Source: Lama guanicoe
Lineage: Eukaryota
Assembly: GCA_013239625.1 (NCBI GenBank)
Contig: MU054187.1
Span: 24,616,433 to 24,680,432, forward strand
Direction of reading: 5' to 3'
Length of the DNA stretch: 64,000 nt
Each line of letters begins with the position of its first letter. Within the stretch, counting starts at the first letter, position 1. Shown here one piece after another: positions 40,279 to 53,723 of the stretch. The translations under genes and the position numbers were made by a program. Below the pieces are notes generated by a model. That model had not been told where the DNA came from. It did no database searches and saw nothing but the letters and a program-made list of their open reading frames with translations.

Positions 40279-40795
40279 TTTTGCCGAATCCAAACTCATT
40301 CTGCTTGCCACACAACGTGCCAACAAATGGGAGATGAAGTCTTGGGGCAAGGAATAACGACTTTATTTGGAAAGCCAGCAGACCAAGAAGCTGGCAGACT
40401 AACGTCCTGGAGAATCACCTTCCCCAAGTCAGAATTCAGGCTTATTTTATGCTGACAAGGGGAGGGAGTGGTTGGTTGCCGCAAACTTCTTGGTGTCGGA
40501 ATCCTTTGTTCTTGGAGCTGTCCATGAAGGTCAGGTCATGGTGTCCCTGTAAACCTCCAACAAGACAAATATTATCCTCTGTTCTGTAACTGTTTATCTC
40601 TGTGTAAATGGAAAAGTGTTATTCCATTAAAGGTCAGAGCCTTGAGAATGGGCTGTCCTGTCTATTTCAGGCTCTAGGCAACACTCTTTTACAAAAAGGT
40701 GCAGAACCAGCATGACTGAGCATAGGAACAGGACCCAGGGTTAGAGCTAAAGGCACAGTTCTAATACGGAGTCAGATTTGTTCTTTTCTATCACA
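40279..40795 (-). mobile_element. ERV1 solo LTR, family A
   Basis: Reverse complement of the 42225 and 46580 copies; poly(A) signal as tttatt at 40362-40367. Confidence 0.9.
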
Positions 40796-42224
40796 TAGTG
40801 ATCTCTTATCTCTTTCTTTAGACCTAACATGCTGAGGACACAGAAGAGAGGCTTTTACTTTATCAAAACACACTGACAAGATTGGTTTAAGGAGAAAAAA
40901 AAACACATTCATCAGATGGATAAAGTTAATTTAGGATACTAACATTGTATATAGCCTTCTTTATTTGTGCTTCTGCAAGTACATAACATAGTCAATCTTT
41001 GCAATCAATTCAAAGTATTTACCAAGAATTTGGGGGAAATTTACTGTATGTGAGGCCTAGTGTAATGGGGATTTTAAAAAATCCAATAGCAGGTAGTCTA
41101 GGATTGTTACAGCTGGAATAAGGGAGTCTCATAGAGACCAACTTGCCAAGTGTCACATAGCCAGAACTGGAGCTGAGAATATAGCTCAGGGCATGAAATA
41201 CAAACAGGGGGGTGGAATGGAAAAGTAACACACTGCTATGCAGTATCGTGTGTACTGCGTAGTCCTGGGTACAAGTGCTCAGGGACTTCGACCTGGGGAG
41301 AAATCTTACAAGAAGGGCTGATCAGAAAAGGCATAGTTAAAGGAATGTGCAAATTTTGGACAAAGAGAGTAAATAGAGAGGAAAGAAAGGGTAATTTTGA
41401 GTGTGAGCAAAGACCGAGTGAAATATCCCAGACCTGTGCCCTAGAATGTTTGCTCTGAGTATTTACTTGTCCTGGAGAGCAAATAGCTTCTGATGTGAGC
41501 ATGCGCGACAGGACGGGTGTTGGGGAGAACTCCAGGGGCCAGTCCACAGAGCAGGGTGAAGTGCACTGACGTCCCACGATCCAAGCCACGCCTGACTACA
41601 GTAGGAAGAAGCCAAGCACGTCCTGGCTAAAATAGCTCCTTTGAGAAGAGGGTAGAGACAGAAGTGTCTTTCTCAAAAACCTTGAGACATCATGTGGGTT
41701 CTGCTCCCTGGTATTACAAATGTCGATGTCCGTAACTGGCAGCTCAGCATGACAGGTAAGCCTCGGAAGTTCGATGGCTAGTGTTTGGAGGTGTCTATGG
41801 GAAGTGCGACAGTTACTGAACATTTCGAATGTTCCAAGTCCTGTGCTATCACTTGCTTTACATGTTTTAAGTCCTTTTAATACATGTCCTTTCACAAAAT
41901 GAGAAGCCCAAAAAGAGAGCCAAGAATTTAGTGCCCGTAGTCCACGTAGCTGCCCTGAGCCCACACATTTTCCATCCATAGCAGCCTCTCGCCAGTCAGT
42001 GGGAGATACTGGTGCAAATCCTTTCCAATTCCCGGTTTTGTTTCTTAAAAAATACTGCAAGATATTTCTGTGAACTGACTGAAAGTCCTGGAAAAGGCAG
42101 AAATGAAATAGTAATATTTGCTGAATGATCTCTATGTTGAGTGATCTCAAAACCATGAAACTAAACCCCTTTACATCAGTAAGTGAGAAGTTGGTGAAGA
42201 ATGGGGAGGGGGGAGGGGCCCTTC

Positions 42225-42723
42225 TGTAACAGGGAAGAGCAAATCTGATTCCCTATAAGATGTGTTCCTGTGCTTTGTTTCCTGTGCTTAGTCATGCTGG
42301 TTCTGCACTTTTTTGTAAAAGAATATTACTTATAGCCTGAAATATACAGGAAAGCCTATTCTCAAGGCTCTGACCTTTAAGGGTTTAACACTTTCCTGTT
42401 CATATAAAGATACAAAGTTGCAGAACAGAGAATAACGTTTGTCTTGCTGGAGGTTTACAGGCACACCATGACCTGATCTACATGGACAGCTGCAAGAACG
42501 AAGAACCCTGACACTAAGAAGCTTGCAACAACCAACCACACCCCCTCGCCTTTTTAGTATAAAAGGCTAAATTCTGATTTAGGGAAGATGGTTCTCTAGG
42601 ACATTAGTCCCCCATCTTTTTGGTCTGCTGACTTTCCGAACAAACTCATTATTCTTTGCCCCAAGACTTCATCTCCCAATGGCCTGTCATGTGGTGAACA
42701 GAACGAGTTTGGACTCAGTAACA
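42225..42723 (+). mobile_element. ERV1 solo LTR, family A
   Basis: tgtaac...gtaaca termini, TATAAAA near 42558, TSD cttc/tttc. Confidence 0.9.
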
Positions 42724-43065
42724 TTTCCTCTTCCATCTCTCTCCTTTAACCAGAAAAGTCAGGAGCAGGCAGTGCTTTGAGGTACATAATCCCAGGAAAT
42801 GGGAAATCCAGACAGGCTTGGGGTGGACTGCAGAGGGCATGCCAAAAAAGATTTTACTATTTCCAGGAAGAAATAGCTGTGCATAAGTGGGCACCCTTGT
42901 CCCCAGTCGTCTTGTCACGTCTAAGAGGGTCCAGAATGTCTGGGCCATCAGCTTATTTACCACTGCCTTCTGATGCTTAAAGAAATGAGTGCCTTCTCTA
43001 TGAATAAGTATTTTTAATTGAATTTAAATTTGCAATCAAATTTTTTTCTCTCTCTAATCCCAAAG

Positions 43066-43614
43066 CAGAATTTTCCAAACTTTATGGCTTCGTGGCACCC
43101 TTAGTATTATTAATTCCTTCACAGTGTCCAGGCCAAAAGAAACCCTTAATGGTTAGGTTTGTTAAGTAGTTAGGGCCAAACAATTTGATACATATTTATG
43201 TTCTAATCAATGTAATAGCCATTGGGAAAAAATAATACACATAGATTAAAAAATAAATAATAACTTTGCTCCAAAAGGACTACAATTACTTACTAATGGT
43301 AGATGTGTGTTAGTTGGACACCAGACAACTTCTCAAAACTTGGAGCCAGATTGGATACCACTTCTCTTGTTACCTAGTTATATAATTGATTTTCTTGGGG
43401 GCAATACTCTTTTTATCACAGCAATGGCTGAAAACCCAATTTTGTAAAGTTATTACATAATAGAAAGGGACATAGCAAGTTCTAATGTTGAAACTGTCAA
43501 CTGTCTCAAACTAGAATTTTGCACAGATATCACCATGATCTCCTTGAAAAATCAAAGTGTTCCACTGAAGCCCTGTGAGGTTAAGGGACTGAAGCACATA
43601 GTTTGGGAACTGTG
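43066..43614. mobile_element. hAT-Charlie-like DNA transposon fossil
   Basis: Terminal inverted-repeat-like ends 'cagaattttccaaact' and 'agtttgggaactgtg'. Confidence 0.6.
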
Positions 43615-44139
43615 ATGGTCCTGAGGTTAAGCTATGGGAGTTGAATTCCCAGAAAATTAAGGCAAGTGGAGCTCCTCCATTTTCTCAGTATTCGTCAGTT
43701 GGCCCTGGTGAGACCAGTTGTAGAGGTAAGACTAGAAAAGGAAATATTACCCAAGTGCTAAGATGCACCTGTGTTGTTCTTCTGACCTGCTCCTTAAGGT
43801 ATTCACTGCTTCCCTGTATCTTCCCTGTCAACCTCTCAGAACAGAAATACCACCCCTTTCCACTGTCTATCATTAACTTGCCTATTTTGAAATGTAGTTT
43901 GCAGCTTCCTCTAAGAAAAACCATGGACTTTTCATTCATATAATCCTTTTATATAAGACACAGCTTGATGTTGTGGAAAGAAAACTAGATTTCTAGATAA
44001 TTGGATTGAGGCCCTGTCTCTACCACATAATAGCCTCGGGCAGATTACTCACTTGTTTCCAAACTTCAGTTCTAGAGATAATTCCTGCCACATGCAACGT
44101 AGTATTTTAATAATAGCTATAGAACACATTTGAATAAAG

Positions 44140-44683
44140 CAAAGTTTCTCGGACTCAATGTGCATGAGAATCCCTTGAGGGCCATTATTAAAAATACAGT
44201 GTTACAGCAACCTGAATCCCATTGAGAGACCAAGCGACACTCAGAGGATTGGAGAACTCAGGTTCATTACAGCAGCAGGCCCAGAAGAGTTAACACTCCA
44301 AGCTCTGGACCCCACCTGTAGGTTTACACAGGCTTTTATAGGGTTTTAGGTTTCAATTACATTCTTGTCATATGCAAATGAGGTGTTAGAAATGGATCAG
44401 TCAGGAGTGAGCTTTTGGGAACCAATGGAATTTTAGGGGTAAGTTTCATTTTCCTAGAAGCAAGCCGTTTTACAGAAGTGCAAAAGTGGGGAGGCAATGG
44501 CCCTGCCTGGGAGGTCCTGCTGATCCCTTTGTGGGTTTCCTCCCTTCAACAGATCCCTTGGGATCCACTTTCAAACATTCTAATATAGCAGGACTGGGGC
44601 GGAGCCCAGGAATCTGTTCTTTAAATGAGAACTCCACCCAAGGTGATATAAATTCAGGTAGACCACAAGTTGAGAAATATTAG
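44140..44683. mobile_element. MER5A DNA transposon split by an LTR
   Basis: 'catgagaatcccttgagggcc...aaaaatacag' resumes after the LTR as 'atcccttggg...ggggcggagcccaggaatctg'. Confidence 0.75.
44200..44548 (-). mobile_element. ERV1-type solo LTR
   Basis: TG...CA termini with perfect TSD acag (44196-44199, 44549-44552); ttttata near 44335 gives orientation. Confidence 0.85.
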
Positions 44684-46579
44684 TAAAAGATGTTTTTTAA
44701 AAATACTTGCATAGGTATATATATAGAACAATTTTATCCCCTTGGTAACTTTTAAAGGAAGTTAGGACTGGTATTGCCTTCATTTTACGGATGAAGAAAC
44801 TGAGACTTTAAAGATGATGATGGCAAGATCATCTCTACAGGTGGAGGGATTGAATTTCTCATACACCTGAAATATGTATATGTTCATACAGTCCACTAAA
44901 CTATATATTCCTTGAGGACAGCAAGTCTTAATCATGTTCGTATCTCTGCTACGTGACAATGCACCTCAATCAATGTTTAATACAAAAACCTAATTTTTGA
45001 ATTTGTTGAATATACGGAAGTATCTCATATTTCAAACAAGGCATACTTTGAAACAGTTTTAATATCTCTCCATCAACAAAAGTCTTGCAAAACAAAACAA
45101 AACAAAAAACGCAGGCTACGGTTTTCACAAAATATAAACCTTTCTTTGTTTCCTAATAGCTGAGCTAAAAGTAACTTTCTCACAGTTGGGGAAGGATCAT
45201 GAGGTCACCCAGTTCCACCCTGGAATGGAATGCCCACTTGTTGCTTGTTCAGGGAACTGATGATGCCAACAATCCTTTGTCTTTGATATAATCAGACTCT
45301 GAAGTTCGTTCAGGCCTCTCGGTTCAGGCTGCCAACACTGGCAGCATCGCTTCCAGATAGCTGACCTTGGTTCTGCTGACTCAGAAAGTCAACTCCCAGA
45401 GTCACACAGGGCCCCTATTCAGATGGGACCAGTTTCTTAACCTTCTTTTGGGAGGGTAGGGGAAGGGTAGTCATGAAACCCTTTGAAATAGAAGGGGATT
45501 CATACAACCCCTGAAGCCAATGTAGTGACATCTGAAATAAGGTTTTTAAAACAATTTTGCAAAACCCAAAATATTTGATTTTCTCCCTTACAAAACATTT
45601 TCTACTGGGAATGATTTGACTTGGGTAAGGTATGGCTGTAAGTGGCTTATTTAATAAACTGAGAGACAACGGTATGATTTTTGAAACTCATTATGACCCA
45701 AAACATAGCTTATTCAGCAGCAGTCTGTTCATGGCTATTCTTTTCTTTCTATTGTTGGCAGTGGAACATTTGGGGAAAGCTTGTATTCCCACCAAAGATA
45801 AACACAGGTTAAACTGGAAAGAAATTGGGCATGGAAATTTGCATAATGGCAGTTTTGCAAAGAAAGCTACATAATATACCTTTATTTCCATGACACAGGC
45901 TGTCACAGATTTCACACCTGAGACTCAATATAAAATGTTAATTATCAAGGTTTGTAATCTCATACATTTAAAGGCAATAATACACGTTGAATTATGTAAT
46001 AAGCAGAGCCTCTCTCCAACTGCTTCTAGTGTCAAGACAATGCCCTGAACATCACATTTACAAGTGTCTTCGACTTCACAATCCCTATGACTACAATAGC
46101 ACACACACAGAGTTCCCTCAAGCATTTCCTGGCAAAACCAGTTGGGAAACTTTTATCTTACTCATGAGGCATGTTTCTCTTTCGTAATACGGCACCCTGT
46201 GCAGATTCACAAGACCAGGAAGGATTATAATTTGTGTGGTATTTCTAGATCAGAGGTGGAATAACAAAGGACCATCAACTGCTTATAAAGATTATAAAGG
46301 TGTTTTATCAAGCTGTCATTGAGGCGAATTGCAGTGACCCACCCAAAGGCCTGCTGTTTCCTCTGATAAATATTATCATTTTATCAGTTTCACAACCAGG
46401 CAAACCAAGCTTTGGAGAATGTAAATAACCTTCCCCGTATCAGCTTAACAGGGATGAGAAAACGAACTGCCATGTGACTCCAGATTTGAATTCCACACTG
46501 ACTCCAACTTCCTTTCCTTAACTGAATGTATGTGAAAAATACTGTTGTGTAGCTAATTCAGATACTGTAGGAAGCAAAT

Positions 46580-47100
46580 TGTACTAGGGAAGAACAAGTC
46601 TGACTCCATATTAGACCTGTTCATTAGCTCTAACCCTGTGCTCTGTTTCCTGTGCTTAGTCATGCTGGGTTCTGCATCTTTTTGTAAAAGAGTGTTGCCG
46701 AGAGCCTGAAATAGACAAGACAGCCCATTCTCAAGGCCCTGACCTTTAAGAGTCTAACACTTTTCCATTCATATAGAGATAAAAAGTTGCAGAACAGAGA
46801 ATAACATTTGTCTTGTTGGAGGTTTACAGGAGCATCATGACCTGACCTATGTGGACAGCTGCAAGAAAAAAGGATTCCAAGACCAAGAAGTTTGCAACAG
46901 ACAACCATGCCCCCTCCCCTTTTTAGTATAAAAGGAGTCTGAATTCTGACTTGGACAAGATGGTTCTTCAGGACATTAATCTACCATCTTCTTAGTCTGC
47001 TGGTTTTCCAAATAAAGTCTTTATTCCTTGCCCCAGCACCTTGTCTCCCAATTTATTGGCCTGCTGTGTGGCAAGCAGAATAAGCTTGGATTTGGTAACA
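46580..47100 (+). mobile_element. ERV1 solo LTR, family A
   Basis: tgtact...gtaaca termini, TATAAAA near 46927, AATAAA near 47012; homologous to 42225-42723. Confidence 0.9.
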
Positions 47101-48454
47101 GCACTGGTGTGAATAAAAGGAAAATTTTCTTAAACTTTGGAATGTGTTTCTACACCTATGTTTGGATGTGGGTTGCTAATGTTCTGAAAACTGCCTTATT
47201 CTCCAAAGTCAGGCTAGGAAATTAGCTATCTTGATTTTGAAGCAAACACAATACCTCTTTCATTTTCAGTGACTTTTGGATTTGGAATTGCCAAACCACA
47301 AAATGGGATGAATGTACTTATGGAGATAAAAGAACATATTTGAAATCCAGATTGTCTGAAATAACTGGTTGCTGTTTTTGAAAAAAACAGTTTAGGGGTA
47401 TAAACAGGAAAGGTGATAATATTAACAGAGGAGCAGATGAGAATGTCACAAGAAAGTCAAAGGCGAGATTTGTTTGGGATAAATCTGCATAGTTCATGCA
47501 TTCATAGGACCAGGCAGCTGATACTATAGTGACAACATTTCTTGCTATTTCTGGATCACCGAGGAGACAGAAAAATGCTTGGAACTAAAAAGGCAGCTGA
47601 ACTAATTAATTTGCAGTGGTGCTTTCAGACTGAAATGTTACATTCTGAGTTTCTGAAAGAATTACACTTTGTGATCAGCTAAAGATCTTGGAACAAAACA
47701 GACATATTAAACATTCTGACACATATTTTCCTTCTTACAGGGTTTTTAAATCACTAAAAATGTGATAACAAGGAAAATCTAACAGTGAGAACTGTTTTAT
47801 ATTATAAAGGATTATGATTTTCATGGAATAAAAATAAAATATCAAATATTAAATAATGAGTAATACATACTTTTAGAAAATGTATATGTAATTTTAAAAA
47901 AGAAAATGTAAGATTCAATGTACTAAAGGTAAACAGCAAAATAATCTAAAACCACTCTACCACAAAAAAAAAACATAACTTTTTAAAAATTTTATTTTAA
48001 TGATAACATTTTGCATTTGGATGTATTTTCTTCCTGTGTTTTATCCAAGCATAAGTTTTGGGCATTTATGTATACATATACAGAATTGAAATCCTACTGT
48101 ACATTTTACTTAACTATTCCTCTCTAGCCAGAAATGGATATTTTAATTTCTATGAATATAAATAACACTGTTGTGAACACTTTGTACACCGAGTTTCCTG
48201 CATTTGTTATTATTTATTCAAGGTCGATTGCTAGCAACCGAACTGTTGCTAGCAAGAGAATCAAAAGATATCGTAAGTTAAAATGTTGCCATCATTGCAA
48301 GAAATATTTTGTTTGCTTTATGGTGTACATTTTTAACATTTTAATATCTCTGAAATTAGGAGGCAACATAAAATCCACACTGTCAAGTATCACTTCCTGC
48401 CAGACATCAGTCACTGACCTGATTGTCACTGTGTATGTGTGAACTTGGTGGTTA

Positions 48455-49088
48455 TGATGCAGGAAACACAGATGTGGGGCATGAGGAGGGCCATGTCCCA
48501 GGCCTCAGTTGAGCCACTGGGATGTGCCCTGCTAAGTGTGGTTCCTTGGCTTCATGCAGGAAAGAATTCAAGTGCGAGCCACCATTGAGTAAAGGTAGAT
48601 TTATTTAGAGAGACACATACTGCATAGAGTGTAAGGCAGGAGAAAGGCATGGAGAGAGGTGTGGGGTTGGGCATTCAGGTTAAAGTAAAGTAGGTACACA
48701 CTCCACAGAATGCAGGCCATCTCTGGAGAGGAGGGAGTGAAAAAGGGCCACTAGACATGGTGTTGCCAGTTTTTATGGGCTTGGTAGCTTCACACGCCTA
48801 TAGGTGGGACCATTCCAACTACCCTGAGGAAGAGGCTGGGATTCCCAGGAATTGGGCCACCCCCCACTCTTTGGCCTTTTGCTAGGGACTATCATGGCAC
48901 CTGTGGGCATGTTATTTATCACACTAGTGTTACAATGAGCATATAGTGAAGCTCAAGGTCTGCTAGAAGTCAAACCTCCCACCATCTTAATCCTCAAGGC
49001 AACGTGGGAGTTGAACCTTCCACAATTTTGGTGTTAATTGCTGTCATTCCTTGAATGGCTGTGCCCTGCCCTCTACCATCCTGTCTCA
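48455..49088 (-). mobile_element. ERV1 solo LTR, family C
   Basis: TG...CA termini with perfect TSD gtta (48451-48454, 49089-49092); homologous to 53724-54415. Confidence 0.9.
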
Positions 49089-50507
49089 GTTATACCTGGT
49101 GACAACTGCAGTACTGTGACCCTTCTCAGGTTAGTCAACAAAACTGTCAGGGACCATTTGAAGAAGAAATGAGTCCTGATTATTCTCCAAAAATGTTTCA
49201 TTGACATCTTCTCATTAGATGAAGAAAGCACATTTCTCAAAATTTATAAAATGGATTTTAGCCACTGGGAGTGCACACTGAAGAAAGAACTTAATATTTT
49301 ACCTTTCACAGCACAGAGGACAGAGTTACGTAGAAAGATATGGACATAAACAATTCCCAGAGAAAGAGTGACATGGAAGAGTTGAATTTCAAATATAAAG
49401 AAGTTTGCTCATATTTTCCTTTTTTCACATGCACTAGAATTATAAATAACTACATTTCATATCTAGAGAAGTCTAAAATAACTCAGTAAGCATAAAATAA
49501 ATGCTATAAATGAAAGAAAACACTCTAAGTATATGGCATGTTTTCTTTCTTTCTTCATGACAGACAAAATTTAAAAGTTTCATCTTAAGGTCAAGAACAT
49601 CTTTGATTCAACAAAGCATCTTGTAATGCCAAATTACCTTTCAAGCATGTTATATCAATTTACAAGCCAGCAATGTATAATGGTTGCCAAATAACTTTAA
49701 ATTGTTTAATTTTTTAAAATTATATTGAATATAGAATATATTCAAATATAGAGTAATTTAGAACATAAAAATTCCTCTAAAGCATTAATATTTATGAAAG
49801 ACTACTTAAAAGACAAATATTCACACATCTTTCACCTTGTCTAAAATAGGTACACAATAAATATTTGTTAATGATAATTTACTTCTTATTGCTCTGGTAG
49901 CTATTTTAAAATATAATATTATTCAGGTAATATTTAAATATTAAATATTTTAACATGAACCCATTCTCCTTTTTAAAAGATATTTATAGTAAAGAAGCTC
50001 GTAACAGATTCAATCTCGTCCCCTTCACAACTAATATATCATAGTTTTCTAAAACTGTGTCTCTTTAATTGTCAGAACAATAACAATGAAGTTCAAATCA
50101 AGGTGAAGCAGGATCTGGAGGACATAATTATAAAAATACACAACAAAAAAATTATGAAGCATCTGCAGAGAATCAGGTCAAGAACATACTCCATATTAAA
50201 CAGAAATCTCATGCAGTAGGAATTATCTCTTGTTAACAGAGGTGGAAACTGAGCCTCAGGCCAAATATTTAGTGTGAAATCACTGGTGGTCAGTAGAAGC
50301 ACTTTGAGGAGGTCCCTGATTTTAACCCTTTTATTTTCAGTTTGTAATAAAATGTTAAATCTCCTCTCAACCCAAGCAGAATTCCAAACTCTGACTTTAC
50401 AGATACATAAAGAAAATATTTGCAGCCTGTAAGACAAATGACTTATATCCCTTATAAACAAATCACTCCTACAAACAATGGAAAAAAATAGTCAGAGATA
50501 TAACCCC

Positions 50508-51014
50508 TGCAGGGGAGGAAAGAATTTCTTCACTACCTTCTAAGGGTCTCCAGCGGAGCCTAAGAATTAAACTGACATAAGGCAGATTAAAAAGCATACA
50601 AATTCTATTAACCTTTTACATGTACATGGGAGCCTTCCCAAGAGAATGAAGACCCAAAGAAGTGATCAGAACTGGGAGGTTTTATACCTTTTATAGACAA
50701 AGAAACAATAAATTTGTAAAGAACTGGTAAGACAGAGGGGTCTGGCTAGGAGCGATAAATGGTGAAGAAGTAATTAGGAAGATAAGGGTTAGTTTAACAA
50801 GACTTTGTATGGATTTCTTGGCCCCAAGTTCTCTGTCCCTGGAGTGAAGATTTTCCTTCCTCCTGGTACAGGGAGGGTGCTTCTGCATGAGAGTTTTATC
50901 TCCTGCTTTCAGGAAGAAAATGAAGGGTCAGACTAGCCTTTTACACATGCTGTGTCTTCAGCCCCTTTACTTCAAAATAATCAATGTGCCCAATATGTCC
51001 CAGTTTCCTTTAGC
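50508..51014 (-). mobile_element. ERV1-type solo LTR (related to 5828-6655)
   Basis: Starts tgcagggg; shares 'aaa(c/t)tgaca', 'gacaaag' and 'tttat(c/t)tcctg' blocks with the 5.8-kb copy; right end approximate. Confidence 0.7.
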
Positions 51015-52787
51015 AGGTCAGTGCTAGAGTCACAAATACAAACAGCCAATGAGCATGAAATACTTAACCTTACTAATTAGTGGGGAAATAAAAATTAAAG
51101 TATGATACAACTTTTATTTATCTAATAGGCAAAGATTCAAAACATCACAATGGATAAAAGGATGCTTTTATATACTATTTTTAGGAGTATAAGATAGTAC
51201 GTATAAAAATATACATACTCTTTGATTCAGCAGGTCCATTTTTTAGTATCTCTCAGAACTATTTACATAAATGGACAAGGATGCATGTTCAAGAATATTC
51301 TTAATAGCATTTTGGAAACATACAGAATTAGAACAAATTTGATGTAAATCACTTGGGTACTAGTTAAATAAATCATGCTACATTCTTTCAACAGAATAAA
51401 ATTCAGACATTTAAAATAAAGAAGTAGATATATAAGCAGTGAAAAGCTACCCATGATATGACATTGAATAAAAAAAGCAGGTTACAGAGTAGTGTTCTAG
51501 GCATGACACATTTTAACTGTAAAAAATAATGTGTATCTGAATGTTCAAAAGTCAAGGTACAACAGAATAAAAACTGAATTATTAAAAATAGACACATCTC
51601 AGAAGCGAAAGTTGTAGGGAAAAGTAGAAAGGGAAGAAACATAAATTTCATAAGATTTGTTAATTTTCCACATTTTTAAATGAAAATAGTTTAGTCTAAA
51701 AGGAATAAACATTTTAAGAAGTCAGAAAAGCATATTCCTAAAAAAAAAAAGTGTTGCATGGATAGAAACTGACTTGAGAAAATCTTGAGGAGAAGGAAAT
51801 TTAAGGAAATAGCGTTCTCTGGAGACCACTCAGATCAACTGTTTCTCAAATGAAAATTCTTTCTTCCAACCCTAAAATCTGAAAGGTGCGAAGTTTTGTT
51901 TGCTTGAATTTTTAATTAGAATTATTGAAGTGTAATTTACATTTAGTAAAATTGAACAAGTTTTAAGTACACAATGAATGTTAACAAATGTTGGAGCACT
52001 ATACATTGTTTAAAGTCTGATTATTTCATTCTGTCTAAAGACCTGATAATACATCCTTTCCAGGCACATTTACAACTTAACAGAAGGCTGTTCGAGATGC
52101 TTTAATTCAAGGAGATAAAACTCTAAATTGTTAGAATTCTATGTCTATCAAAGAACTTTAAGTCAGGACAAATTGCCCGTGACCATGCCCCAGCCACTGA
52201 TGAAAGCAAGATACAAATAATTACCTCTGAGGTTTCTAGAGCCTACAGAAGCACTCAGGTTCTAGACAATAAGTAACTTCCTGGAACTCCCATTCATTCC
52301 CTCCCTATCTGTTCCCAAGTCAATTTTGCCCACCCCTTCACTATGCCCCCAGATCTTTGATTCAGTAGCCCGGGGTTGATTACTCACTATAGGCTCCCTT
52401 TGGTTTTGGTTGACCTCTGAACTCTCCACCTGTCTGCTGTTTTCACCTAGGCACAGCTCTAAGTGTTAAGCTTTGCTCACATCATTAGCCTTTGAGTCTT
52501 CTACTCCAACCCAGCCTCTTGGAATAAACTGTCTTAACTCTACGCAGAAACTTGGAATTCAGTAGACATTTAAAAGAGGAAAAACATTGGGAAACTTTTC
52601 CCTGTCAATTCATATGATACTGTAAAGAGCCCTCTTCTCCTTTGTCCTTGGTCTTTGTCTCTTAATTTCAACTAGGCCTTTCACTCAAATTTTAATTGAG
52701 CGTTTAAATAACATAATAAACATCTATTTCATTTGACTTTTTTTTTGCAACCTTAAAAATATGCATATTATTTTCAGCCAAAATGAG

Positions 52788-53272
52788 TATCAACTGAAAT
52801 AAATGCACAGCCCAGAAGTTGAGAGTTATGTTTTATTTCACAGGAGGACTCAAGCCGGGATGATAGCCTCTCAGATCTCCCTGAGGAACTGCTCCTGAGA
52901 GGTAGGGGAGGAGCTAGGATATACGGGAGCTTTACAACAAAGACCAGGTAGTTGGAACAATGAAAGATTACTTGTTAGCTAAAAAAAAAAACAACAACAG
53001 TCATCTCAAGCTAAAAAATGTAGCACTTTTCTGTGTATGGGAGGAAGCAAACATTTGGGCTCATTGAACTCTTTCCTTTGACAAGCACCTGGCTATCCAG
53101 GGCCAGTGTCCTGTCCTTTCTTATTCTGAGTCCCCTCAGAGGGCACCACTGTGCATGGCTGCAGCAGCTGGGCTGCAGGCCTGTCCTCACTGGGGGGTGG
53201 CAGCTGCTGATGACTTGATGGCTTCAGCATTCTTTGTTTACTGGTATGGTTTGCAAGTATTTTTCATTCACA
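52788..53272 (-). mobile_element. ERV1 solo LTR, family B
   Basis: Colinear with 17399-17880; TSD tgag/agag. Confidence 0.9.
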
Positions 53273-53723
53273 AGAGTAAGATAGAAAGATGTGGCTATTT
53301 TGAAAGAATCATCTTCATCTTTACATGGACTCTTTCCCGAGAGACCTTTATAATGGCTCATCTCCCTCTTTAGGAAAGAAAAGTATATGCCAGTCTTCCC
53401 CAAATTTGCTGTAACATAACTTCAGGCATAAACGCCTACAGGGCACAAAACAAAGGGAAACTCTGAAGTATTGAAGTTGGCATTGAGAAAGTGAATTATA
53501 ATGACTGAGTAACAATCATTTTTGCAAGAGAGGTGTTTTCCAATTCTTTGCTTTCATCAGAATTGAAGGAAGACTTAATTCAATTTATCAGCTGATACAT
53601 GTTAAAATAACTTTTAATAACAGATCTATTTTAATAATAAATCAATATGGGATTTTAGTGTGTGTAACTTGGAAAGACTTCAAAAAGACACTGCTACAGC
53701 AAACTTTTTACGTTTGTATTGAG

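Noticed and set aside
42225..47100. Same-orientation family A LTRs as the two ends of one provirus
   Set aside because: No PBS after 42723, no PPT before 46580, the first LTR has its own near-TSD, and the spacer holds older host repeats (hAT, MER5A); these are two solo LTRs
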